DNA of 64,000 nt from positions 768,001 through 832,000 of the forward strand of contig CAWGAA010000001.1 in the NCBI GenBank assembly GCA_963820525.1. Reading direction: 5' to 3'. Positions 54,544 to 64,000 of the stretch are shown here, piece by piece; the first letter of the stretch is position 1; every line of letters begins with the position of its first letter. The notes beneath the pieces are model-generated. The model saw nothing but the letters and a program-made list of their open reading frames with translations. It ran no database searches and was not told where the DNA came from. The DNA is from an uncultured Spirochaetota bacterium (GTDB lineage Bacteria > Spirochaetota > Spirochaetia > SZUA-6 > Fen-1364). The position numbers were made by a program, and so were the translations under genes.

Positions 54544-54729
54544 AAGCCTAACATGCTGTTGGAGCAGACCGCTGGGACTACGCATCGTTACTGATTCTTG
54601 CGCGTGTTAAAGCAAATGTACCTATATGATTCGGCGCGGCTGCTCAACCGCGTCGTTATATCTTCATATATTAATGTCTGATCTCGTAGAAGTAATTTTT
54701 ACTAATCCAATAATGAACAGAGGTATCAT

Positions 54730-55371
54730 ATGTTTGGTACCAATATAATGAAGACTCTACTCAAAGCTATTCTTAGTAAGGATACCCATACTGTTGAAAA
54801 GCTACTTACAAAAGCGTTATCGCGCTCAACATTCAATATTAATGATTCAGATGAATCGAAGGGACTTACTCCTTTGGTAGCGGCAGCTAGACTTAGTACT
54901 TATGAGATTTCCAAATTGTTAGTAGAAAATGGAGCAGATATTAATAAAGCTGGAAATGACGGGACTTTGCCTCTTGAATCAGCCTTTTTAAATGATAATC
55001 TTGATACTGCAAAGTTTCTATTAGAAAAAGGCGCTGATATCCATAAGACTAGAAAGGAATTCTGTCTACTCTCAACTGCTATAATGAGAAATCGAATAGA
55101 TATTCTAAAGCTCCTAACAAGAATTGGTCTTGATCCAAATGGCTCAGATACAAATTCACTTACACCGTTAATGTTATCTGCAAGAGATGGAAATATTGAA
55201 GCATTTCAAGTATTACTTGAAGCTGGAGCCGATATCCTTATTATTAGATCAGATTATGATGGAAATCAGCTAAATCTTTTAGATATTTTAGACCTTAATA
55301 TTTCAGGTACAAATGACAATGCCTTAAAGGACCGCTATTTTCAAATTAAGAAATTGATTATAAATCATTAG
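54730..55371 (+). CDS. Ankyrin repeat protein
   Basis: TPL..AA...LL..GAD repeats. Confidence 0.9.
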   Translation: MFGTNIMKTLLKAILSKDTHTVEKLLTKALSRSTFNINDSDESKGLTPLVAAARLSTYEISKLLVENGADINKAGNDGTLPLESAFLNDNLDTAKFLLEKGADIHKTRKEFCLLSTAIMRNRIDILKLLTRIGLDPNGSDTNSLTPLMLSARDGNIEAFQVLLEAGADILIIRSDYDGNQLNLLDILDLNISGTNDNALKDRYFQIKKLIINH

Positions 55372-55643
55372 ATCTACACTGCATTCTAACTGAACTTTAT
55401 TTATAAGAGGTCAAATTTTGAATATAAATATTGAAATCCTGAAGATATAACATGCGGTTGGAGTTGACCGCCTAGGCTACGCTCCGTGACTCATAACTAC
55501 GCGCGGTAAAGCCTATTGTACTTGGATGAATCGGGGCGGCAACTCAACAGCGTCGTTAGGCAGCCCCAAATTAGCAGAAATAGCCTTTTCCTAGCAGTGC
55601 TCTTTGTTCTTGACAGAGAATCAATTTATGGTTACATTAAGAT

Positions 55644-55897
55644 ATGTACAGAGTTCTGATGTCCAATCGAATTCTGAAGCAGATCGGGCGGATACCAGAA
55701 TACGTGCAGGTGAGTTTGGCCATCTTGATAGAACAATTACAAGAAAAAGGGCCTTTACAATACAAATGGGCAAGCTTGGCCCGAATAGGTATCACTGCCA
55801 CCTATCCCGAAACTGGGTGGCATGCTGGTACTGGCAAAAGGGAACCGTGGAGATAGAGGTTTACTATGTTGGCAGTCGTCAAAACGCCCCTTACTAA
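55644..55897 (+). pseudogene. RelE-like toxin, frameshifted near 55770
   Basis: The N-terminus (MYRV...GPLQYKW) and C-terminus (GKLGPNRYHCHL...YYVGSRQNAPY) are in different frames. Confidence 0.75.
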
Positions 55898-56237
55898 TAT
55901 CAGAATTAAGGGTCGGATCTCTAACAAACTTATTGATGTTCTTATTCAAGAATATGGGAAAAGCGTCCATATTACTCATGATCCTGAAGATGAGAAGTTT
56001 GATGTATTTCAAACTGATTGGTATAAAAGAATAAAGCAGAAACTGACTCCAGGAACATATATTAAGGTCTTTCGTCAAAATAAAAATATGACTCAAGCTG
56101 ATTTAGGAAAAGCTTTAGGCGGACTTCCAAGACAGCATGTTTCAAATATGGAAAATGGTTCACGTCCTATAAGCAAAAAGATTGCACTTAAGCTTGCTAA
56201 GCTTTTCGATGTGTCCGTTGAAAAGTTCATTTCATAG
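55866..56237 (+). CDS. XRE-HTH antitoxin
   Basis: MTQADLG...VSNMENGSRPISK. Confidence 0.87.
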   Translation: MLAVVKTPLTNIRIKGRISNKLIDVLIQEYGKSVHITHDPEDEKFDVFQTDWYKRIKQKLTPGTYIKVFRQNKNMTQADLGKALGGLPRQHVSNMENGSRPISKKIALKLAKLFDVSVEKFIS

Positions 56238-56991
56238 AAACTATATGTGCTTTCGTGTCTGCCCAACATGCTGTTGGAGTTGACCCCTTAGCTTACGTTT
56301 GGAAAGTACAGCATACATTGCTAAACTGCCACTACCCTGCTTCGGGCGGCGGGGCAACTAAACAGCGTCGTTATCTGGCTATAAGCGGTTATATGATTTG
56401 GAATACGCGATATTCCATACTACCGACCGTGGACAAGAAAGACTTCCTCTGTCCTTCTTGCAGCCCATGAGCATTGCGGGCAAGCTGATCCTGGTTTCTC
56501 TCTTACAGGAAAAAATACGGCACGGTAGCTTTTCCTAATAGAGTCCATGCGAACAATCAGTGACAAATAGCTGCAATCGCTCAATCCCCCATAACCGCAT
56601 GGCCAGTCATCATCCCACAATCCTTTGGTATCGAGACGCTTCGTTCATGCTCCCCGACAATGCAGCACGTTTCGGATCCATTAGCCTCAGTGCATGGAGA
56701 ACCCAGTGTCGTACTGCTAGCTCTGAGACTTGCATGGCGTACCGTATTGGCATAACATTCAGAGCAGAACAATATATTAAAGGATAGTAAATGAATTATA
56801 ATCCAAATGTGTCACCTAATTTCGCTCTTTGGCTGGAACTTGATGAAGCAGAGCGCATAACGACTGTAATTGCGTATCACGAACGCAACAGAGAAAAACT
56901 TCCCAATCAAAGGCTGCATGCCACCATCCACGTAATAATAGAGAACCAGCTAGCCGAGCAGATCCCGGCGGTCACTGACGCGCTGACAAGG

Positions 56992-57556
56992 CTAAACCAC
57001 CCCCGACTTAAGTCGGGGGGTTTGCGCTTGTCGGCTAAAGCCGACTGGGGCCGACATCACGGTTCTACTTTGAAGTCGGCATCTTGGTCCCGCTCTGTGT
57101 CCTGCTGATTCTCGATGTAGCGGGCGATCATCTCTTCGGTCACGTTCCCTGTGCTCGCCACGAAATACCCGCGGGCCCAAAGATGCCTGCCCCAGAATGT
57201 TTTGTTCAACCCTTTGTTTTCCATGAGCAGCTTCCGTGATGTCAGCCCCTTCATGCGCTGCACGAGCCTGGATACCGATAGAGTCGGCGGCACGCTCAGC
57301 AGCAGATGCACGTGATCGCGGCTGATGTTCCCTTTCACGATCTCTACGTCCAGGCTCGCGCAAATCATTCGTATCAGATCTCTTACGCGGGTTCCTATCT
57401 CTTTCCCCAACACTGGCTTGCGGTACTTGGTGATCCACACTATATGATACTTCAAATCATAGACGCAGTGCGACGCTTTTCGATACTGCTTCATCGTACC
57501 GCAAGCCTACTAAAGTCTTCGTCTAAAGACGAGGGGGTTTCTCCCCGTAGGAGACT
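56992..57556 (-). mobile_element. IS200/IS605-family element (tnpA only)
   Basis: Terminal hairpin CCCCCGACTTAAGTCGGGGG; CTAA at both junctions. Confidence 0.85.
57057..57494 (-). CDS. tnpA: IS200 Y1 HUH transposase
   Basis: YHIVWITKYR, DHVHLL, LWARGYF and YIENQ motifs. Confidence 0.93.
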   Translation of the reverse strand: MKQYRKASHCVYDLKYHIVWITKYRKPVLGKEIGTRVRDLIRMICASLDVEIVKGNISRDHVHLLLSVPPTLSVSRLVQRMKGLTSRKLLMENKGLNKTFWGRHLWARGYFVASTGNVTEEMIARYIENQQDTERDQDADFKVEP

Positions 57557-58740
57557 CTAATGGCTGACGGCCTAGATCGTCATGAGGCAGTTCATGCAAT
57601 TGAGGCCGTCCCGTAACCTCTTCTGGAAGTAGCCAAACGGGAATTCAACAGGGGATCAGGTTTTCATTGAATGGATGCGTCCCTCATGTTATCATTTGGC
57701 CGGGAGGGGACGATGCCCGTCTTCAAAGACTACGACCAAGGCCAGGGAGTATTCCGATCCATCAAACCCAGCGAGCTTCTAGAGCCCGACCATCCGGCCC
57801 GTGTAATCGACAAAGTCGTGGAGATGCTGGATCTCAGTGAGATCTACGCCGATTACTCTGAAGAGGGAAATCCGGCTTACCACCCTCAGATGATGCTCAA
57901 GGTGCTTTTCTATGCGTACTACTGCGGCCTGATGAGCAGTCGAAAGATCTGGGAAGGCATGAAAGGCCGGGCCGACTTCATATTCCTCTCAGGGGATCAA
58001 GTGCCTGACTTCCGTACGATCAACGGCTTCCGGACCCGGCACATGAAGGCATTGCCGAAGCTTTTCTCGCAGATCGTGATGATCTGCGTGCGACTGGACA
58101 TGGTGGACTTTCAGCACTTGGCTATCGACGGGCAGAAGATCCAGGCGAACGCGAACTACAGACGCAGCAAGAACAGGAAGCGGACGAAGAAATCCTACCA
58201 GAAAGTGAAGGAAGCGATCGCGCGAGTGCTGCAGAAAGAGGTGAACGAGGATTTCACCGAGGAGAAGAAGGCTGAACGGCTGGAGAAGCTTCAGGGGCAG
58301 AAGGAAAACCTTCTTGCGCTGAAGAAGATGCTGGAAGGCATGGAGGACGAAGAGGCCACGGTGAACATGACCGACCCGGATGCCCAGGTAATGAAGCATA
58401 AAGATGGAAGAAGCCTGCCGAGCTACAATAACCAAAGTGCAGTGGATGGCAAGCTTGGTGTAGCATGCGCGGTTGCGACCCAGGATGAGTCTGACAAGCC
58501 CGAAGACCTCTTCTCCCTAGTTGACCAAGCAAAGGCAAACGCAGGACAGGGGCACGAGAAGGTACTGGCGGATCCTGCCTTCTGCGACTATGAGACTTTG
58601 CAGCAGGCGGAGTGCAAGCGCCAGGAGGAGTACTTCCTGCCGGACAAGCGGTTTGAGGTAACGGAAGGCGGCACGACGAGTCGGGGGAAATACGACAGCA
58701 ATAACTTCGAGAAGAAAGACGGGAATGTGGTCTGCCCTAA

Positions 58741-60482
58741 CCCGCATTTCTCACAAATGGATATGAAAAAGCCTTTCGCTCTGGTATAATTGCTTTGCAA
58801 CAAACAAAATAAACCAGAACAGAAAGGCTATACGATGCAAACAGACTGTACACCATCCCTGTTTAGCTTTCAAGACCTTGGCAAGAAAAAGGTAGTCGGA
58901 AACTTCGACGGAGGCGCGATCAGTTCCGATGCCGGCGCTCTCATTCTTCGAGAGGTTGAACGCGCCACAGGCATCATCAAAGCATTCGCGGGCTGTTTCA
59001 CAGACTATCGAGAGAAAGGCTATATCGAGCATTCCATCGAGCAATTGATAAGCCAAAGGGTATTCGGCATTTGCCTGGGATACGAAGACCTCAACGATCA
59101 CGACCAGCTGCGCAAAGATCCCGTTCTGGCTGCCGTTTGCGGGAAACTCGATGTCAACGGGGAAACGAGGAGGCAGAAACGGGACAGAGGCAAAGCCCTT
59201 GCCGGAAAAAGCACGCTGAATCGGCTTGAGACCGCCGGCGGGGCAAGCCTCTCTACGCATCGATACAAGAAAATCACGGTGAACGAAACAATGGTTGGGA
59301 TGTTCCTGGTGAACACATTCCTGGCCAGTTATGAGCAAGCTCCTGAAGAAATCGTGTTGGATCTGGATGCAACCGACGACCCTCTGCACGGCAATCAAGA
59401 GGGCAGGTTCTTTCATGGCTATTATGATTGTTATTGCTACCTGCCGTTGTACATCTTCTGCGGGGATCATCTTTTATGTGCGAAGCTACGTCCCTCCAAT
59501 ATAGACGCATGTTCGGGTGCCGAGAAGGAGTTGGCGAGGATCGTTGCGCAGATCCGTGAGCGATGGCCGCAGGTACGTATTGTTGTGCGGGCCGACAGCG
59601 GGTTCTGCCGGGAAGCGATCATGGTGTGGTGCGAGTCCAACGACGTGGATTTCCTGTTCGGAATCGCGAAAAACGCACGCCTCTTACGCAAGATCCGCAA
59701 GGAGCTTTCAGAAGCCCGTAGGCAGTATCTGTCCACTGGTGAGCCGTCGCGAAAGTACGCGGAGCTGATCTATCGGACGAAAAAGACATGGTCGAAAAGC
59801 AGACGTGTTGTCGCCAAGGCGGAGTATCTGCGCAAGGGAGAGAACCCTCGGTTTGTGGTGACTTCACTTATGCAGGACCGCTTCCCTGGCCAGCAGCTGT
59901 ACGAGCAGCTCTATTGTGCTCGCGGAGACATGGAGAATCGTATCAAAGAACAGCAGCTTTACCTTTTTGCAGATCGAACCAGTTCCGCCACGATGAGGGC
60001 GAATCAGCTTCGGTTGTGGTTCTCCTCTGCGGCCTACGTAATCATGAGTGCCCTCAGAAGGACCGCTTTGAAGGGGACAGAGCTGGCCTCGGCACAGTGC
60101 GACACGATTCGTTTGAAGCTATTGAAGATTGGCGCACAGGTGCGCGTCAGTGTGCGCCGGATCTATGTGAGCTTCGCAAGCGGTTATCCATATCAAGAGC
60201 TTTTCCGTCAGGTGATTCTGAGTATTCACGAACTCTCCCTTCAATCGGGTTAGCGTGTATTGAGCCTTGTCTTGAGTAGTTTATTGGGAGAAGACTGTCC
60301 TGAAGTCGCCGAATCTTCCCTTATGAGCTGTAAAGTGCGCTCAATCGGGCGATTGGACTGACTCGGGTCACGAAATCGATCTACGTGTAGGGGCTGACAG
60401 CAAGGAATAGACCGTTTTTCAAAGTTGAGCCCCGCCTCATGATGATCAGACTGCGCAGAGTGCCGTTTGTGAGAAATGCGGG
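58741..60482 (+). mobile_element. IS1380-family element (diverged isoform)
   Basis: IR CCCGCATTTCTCACAAA; TSD CTAA. Confidence 0.92.
58835..60253 (+). CDS. IS1380 transposase
   Basis: Close homolog of 37255-38673. Confidence 0.93.
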   Translation: MQTDCTPSLFSFQDLGKKKVVGNFDGGAISSDAGALILREVERATGIIKAFAGCFTDYREKGYIEHSIEQLISQRVFGICLGYEDLNDHDQLRKDPVLAAVCGKLDVNGETRRQKRDRGKALAGKSTLNRLETAGGASLSTHRYKKITVNETMVGMFLVNTFLASYEQAPEEIVLDLDATDDPLHGNQEGRFFHGYYDCYCYLPLYIFCGDHLLCAKLRPSNIDACSGAEKELARIVAQIRERWPQVRIVVRADSGFCREAIMVWCESNDVDFLFGIAKNARLLRKIRKELSEARRQYLSTGEPSRKYAELIYRTKKTWSKSRRVVAKAEYLRKGENPRFVVTSLMQDRFPGQQLYEQLYCARGDMENRIKEQQLYLFADRTSSATMRANQLRLWFSSAAYVIMSALRRTALKGTELASAQCDTIRLKLLKIGAQVRVSVRRIYVSFASGYPYQELFRQVILSIHELSLQSG

Positions 60483-61189
60483 CTAAGGGAAAGAGAATGG
60501 AGCTTAAAGCCGTGGTGAGCCATGATGACGGCCATACGGTGAGCACCTACGAAGGGCAGGAGTGTGAGAGCTGCCCTGAGCGCGAGAAGTGCACCAAAGG
60601 GAAGAAGAGAACGATTGCTGTCGACAGTCGTGAGCCATTTCGAGAGAAGATGAGAGAGAAGCTGCGCAGCGATCGCGGGCGGGAAACGTACATGAAGCGC
60701 CAAGGGATCGTCGAACCGGTGCACGGGGACGATCAGCAGAACAAGGGATGGAGACAACACCACCTGCGAGGCGAAGCGAAAGCGGCGCTTGAGTTCATGC
60801 TGGTACGAATCGCAACGAACCTGGGAAAGATCGCGAGATATCGGGCGATGCGGTTGATGGCGATCCCAATATGAAGGGCAACTGAGGGAACGATAGGGAA
60901 AAACATGATCGAATAAGGTTAATGGGCCGCGATAGCTCGCGGGCAGCGAAAGCTGGATAATGGCTCGATGCGAATTAAGGGAGGCCGGGAAAACCTGGAT
61001 AGGTTCTCAGACAGCCTCAATTACTTAATAGTCCGTTAGAATAGATTATTGTAACTTTCATAGAGAAGAATGGTGAATCAATAGAATTGATGCAAGAATT
61101 ACCTATTATTGATTATGGCAATTGAGAGACGAGATCCGCGTTTGAATAATATGTATTTCTCGATTGCGATGAACCTAAAGGAGGAAACA

Positions 61190-61477
61190 ATGGCAGACTA
61201 TACCTTTGATGGAAAGAGCTTAAGGAATCGCTCTGGACAAAAGATGGGAGAAATTGATCGAAACTCCATTAGAGCTTGGAACAGCGCCAGACTTGGCGAA
61301 ATTGATCGTAAAAACATTAGGGATGCTCATGGGAAGAAAGTCGTTGAATTTGATGGAAAAAACGTCAAAGATGATATGGGCAACAAAATTACAACCATTC
61401 AGGAAATACAAAAGACTATCGAAGGTGAGGGCGGAATCTCCTTAGTCGCGATGTGGTACTTTTTTGTAAAGAAATAA
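61190..61477 (+). CDS. Hypothetical protein with short GEID repeats
   Basis: Strong SD AAGGAGG; 95 aa. Confidence 0.7.
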   Translation: MADYTFDGKSLRNRSGQKMGEIDRNSIRAWNSARLGEIDRKNIRDAHGKKVVEFDGKNVKDDMGNKITTIQEIQKTIEGEGGISLVAMWYFFVKK

Positions 61478-61479
61478 AT

Positions 61480-62102
61480 TGTGATAGTTCAGATTTGATC
61501 TGACACTCTCTTTCTGGTTCCTATACTACGCTGTCCGTCGGATGGTATCCAATCATCTTCTCCTTCGCAACGTGAAACGTTTCCTGAAACGTCTGCATCG
61601 GGGTTTTGCCGTAGCAGTATTTCCCTGAATGGGGTCGTTGCTCGTTGTACTCCTTGATCCACACATCAACGTCAACTTGAAGCTCTTCAATTGATGTATA
61701 GATCTTTTTTCGGAACGCAACCTGGTAGAACTCATTGAGGACCGTCTTCTGGAACCTCTCGCAAATGCCATTGCTCTGGGGTGACTTCACTCTGGTCTTG
61801 GAGTTATCGATGTTCTCTACGGCCAGGTACAATTGATACTCATGATTCTCCCGATTGCCGCAGTATTCGATTCCTCGAGGATCCCATGCGTATCGAAGAA
61901 GGGAATGACCCGGTCGTTTCCCAGCTCCTGGGCCAATGTTGGCAATCCTACCTTGTTCTTAATGATCTTCTCTTCGGTTGTCATCTGACACCTCCTGGCG
62001 TGCGCGTTTGGGCATGGCTGCATGAATCTGGGCGCCGATGGCCTCTGGAATCCATTTGCGAACGACTCTGGACATGATCGTATCTAATTACCCTGCTCTA
62101 CA
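61480..62102 (-). pseudogene. Internally deleted IS481-family remnant
   Basis: TGT...ACA ends; fragments MTTEEKIIKNKVGL and SPQSNGICERF..YNEQRPHSG. Confidence 0.8.
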
Positions 62103-62182
62103 AACGACGCATAAAAGACTCCTGCTCATACGCCACTTCTTCTCCTCACTAATTCTTCTCCTTTCAGTCATATGCAATTATT

Positions 62183-63460
62183 TTAGACCCAGAAATCCTT
62201 GTTTATCTTGGTTGAGCTTGATAACAAGCCATCATGGCCTTCATTTGGAATGCTGCGGGCCAAACATTTATCATCCTTGCAGATTTCATTAAGTCTCCTG
62301 TAGACCACTCGAACAATAGCGCGCGCCACCCTTTTTCTCGCCTCCATGGGACGCATCCCGCCATCAACATGGTTTCTGTGATAGCAGGCGATACGAGATT
62401 CAGGGTTATAAAACACGACAGCCCCGGCTGCGGTCATGAATGCATCTTTCAGCCGGTGATTAAATGACTGAGTATGCACCATTCTGACGGCACCTCCCGT
62501 TGAATGTTCTTTCATTCCAAGACCGCCATAACTAGCGAGACTATCCTCCTTTGAAAATCTCCTAATATCTATGATCTCAGCAACCATTGTCGATGCAGTA
62601 ATAAGCCCAATTCCTCTGAGTTGTCGCAGAGACTGTATTGGTAGGCTTTTTCTGCTGATTGAATTCAGCATTTTAATAAGTTCGATCTGCTCGCGTTTAT
62701 AGTGCTCGATTTTCGAAGCACTGGCTCTGATCATAAAGGCTATCGTGGGCGAGAGTGAGGGGATGCATTGCATGACGCTCTCTAGTCCTCGAATGAATTC
62801 GTTTCGCCCCTTGTAATTTCCAGCCCCCATTGCCTCGAGCAGTTGACGATCAGAGAGGTGCTTCCACTCACCTACGTCCGGAATTGAGATCAGAAGCGTG
62901 AGGATTCCCCTGTTCTTCAGCACATTTCCGCCGCATCCCGCATCGGAGAGCTTTCCGCCTAGAAATAGATATAAATCAGGGGAGGCATGCCGTAGTATTT
63001 TCCAGAGACGATTCACTTCCGCTGTGATCTCCCGACTGAGGCTTTTATGCTCACGTGTGAGCAATTGAAGCTCAGAGTCTGCGAACCAAAGTCGTCGGTG
63101 CTGCTGCAGCTTTCCCTGCGATTCCAAGGCAAGTGCGTATCGCGCCACGGACTCCGCATCCCGCTCGTTGTTCTTGTTTTGCCCTAGAACCGCTTTCCTG
63201 AACTTCTCAACGTCAGCCGGCTTGAACGAATAGAACTCGACACGAGCATTTCGCAGCGCTTCTTCTATTGGCCTGCTCTGGCCATGGCTTCCTTCTATTG
63301 CTACAATCAGCCCCTCCTCCGCCCCCGCCCATTGATTAAATTCACTGAGACTCTTCGCCGTTACCAGAAATCTCTTCGTCACCACTCTATCATTTTTACC
63401 ACGTACCAGAGCGCAGACAAACCCCGTTGAGTCAGGATCGATGCCAAGCGCGCTATTCAC
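62183..63460 (-). CDS. IS110 transposase paralog
   Basis: Clear homolog of 17788-19194 (GIDPDSTGFVCALV, FRKAVLGQNKNNERDAESVARYALALE). Confidence 0.88.
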   Translation of the reverse strand: MNSALGIDPDSTGFVCALVRGKNDRVVTKRFLVTAKSLSEFNQWAGAEEGLIVAIEGSHGQSRPIEEALRNARVEFYSFKPADVEKFRKAVLGQNKNNERDAESVARYALALESQGKLQQHRRLWFADSELQLLTREHKSLSREITAEVNRLWKILRHASPDLYLFLGGKLSDAGCGGNVLKNRGILTLLISIPDVGEWKHLSDRQLLEAMGAGNYKGRNEFIRGLESVMQCIPSLSPTIAFMIRASASKIEHYKREQIELIKMLNSISRKSLPIQSLRQLRGIGLITASTMVAEIIDIRRFSKEDSLASYGGLGMKEHSTGGAVRMVHTQSFNHRLKDAFMTAAGAVVFYNPESRIACYHRNHVDGGMRPMEARKRVARAIVRVVYRRLNEICKDDKCLARSIPNEGHDGLLSSSTKINKDFWV

Positions 63461-63501
63461 TACCGCACCTCCCGCATCTTCATATCAGATACGCCAATCA
63501 C

Positions 63502-63640
63502 CCGCTTCCGTTGGGAGTTCATTCGTTTTCTGCAGATATGCCCCATCAGGGAGAGCAAAAGCGGTCCCCTGTGGCGTTGGCAATCTCCAACAAGTCGCTT
63601 CTATCGACATCTGACACAAAAGCATCAACGCCACAAGGGG
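63502..63640 (-). ncRNA. Diverged bridge-RNA homolog (target loop kept, donor loop degenerate)
   Basis: CTGTGGCGTTGGCAATCTCCAACAAGTCG...CTGACA...CAACGCCACAAGG is homologous to 19302-19376. Confidence 0.7.
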
Positions 63641-64000
63641 TCCTCTGCACACGATATGCTATTTTTCGGCATATATTTCACACGAGCATCAAACTATGCT
63701 ATATATCGGGCAGCATATGTCCTAGAATTAGAAATCATTATTATGCCGCCCAAAGACAACATCAACTCCCACCGCGCTTGGTTTTCGTCCTTACTCATAC
63801 GGCGCAACGACGATTCTCCTGCTCTTTCGGGCGCTCGCGAGTCAGGACGCGGCTGCGGCAGGAGGCAGAGAGCAAAAGCAGGATGAGCGCGGACGAATAC
63901 GACAGCTTTCGCGATAGTGGCAGTCAGCGTGCCTTCACCAACTCCGAGGCGATCAAGCAGCCAAGCCGGACATTCTCGTGAAAGAGAGCAACGTTTGTTG

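Larger units (their letters stand above)
1..56376 (+). mobile_element. Integron cassette array (super-integron/CALIN segment), about 57 cassettes; integrase not in window
   Basis: Regular alternation of cassette bodies and ~115-bp imperfect palindromes starting RYYYAAC-like and ending GTTRRRY-like, all in the same orientation. Several ORF stop codons fall in the R'' TAAC (9131, 10532, 25434). Confidence 0.95.
56791..57601 (+). pseudogene. Hypothetical gene (DUF1841-like) split by IS200 and truncated by IS1182
   Basis: Removing the IS200 restores ...LTRL-MADGLDRHEAVHAI. Confidence 0.7.
57713..60874 (+). pseudogene. IS1182 transposase split by IS1380
   Basis: N-part (PAYHP, PDFRTI, IDG, TDPDA) up to 58740; C-part (C..CP....CT, R..IVEPVHG) at 60487-60874. 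Confidence 0.87.
57602..61018 (+). mobile_element. IS1182-family element interrupted by IS1380
   Basis: IRs GAGGCCGTCCCGTAACCT / AGGTTCTCAGACAGCCTC; AATT flanks. Confidence 0.87.

Noticed and set aside
63427..63981. 184-aa + strand ORF
   Set aside because: It overlaps the IS110 non-coding end in antisense. Its similarity to the 18964 ORF reflects the conserved RNA loop rather than a protein.
1..64000. Integron integrase, reverse transcriptase, rRNA or tRNA genes
   Set aside because: No tyrosine-recombinase or RT motifs in any ORF and no recognisable rRNA or tRNA. The retron idea for the gene-less cassettes therefore has no local support.

Overview
Positions 1-56376 are part of a large chromosomal integron-type cassette array on the + strand. 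I count about 57 attC sites of about 113-118 bp. No intI or attI is visible, so they should lie left of the window. About 31 cassettes carry no credible gene and fall into three repeated families (A, B, C) with conserved internal inverted repeats. The first 15 cassettes are all gene-less. The other cassettes encode six toxin-antitoxin pairs, enzymes, lipoproteins, nucleases and unknown proteins. The array is heavily invaded by IS elements. Eight apparently identical IS30 copies all sit at the same position at the attC R'' box. An IS110 element is inserted in an attC L'' box, and its non-coding end has a readable bridge-RNA layout, with guides matching both attC and its own ends. A diverged IS110 paralog at the distal end keeps the attC-targeting loop but has lost a donor guide. 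IS630, IS1595, IS1634, IS1380, IS5/ISNCY-like, IS200, IS1182 and IS481 elements are also present. All coordinates and family calls were read by eye, without database searches.
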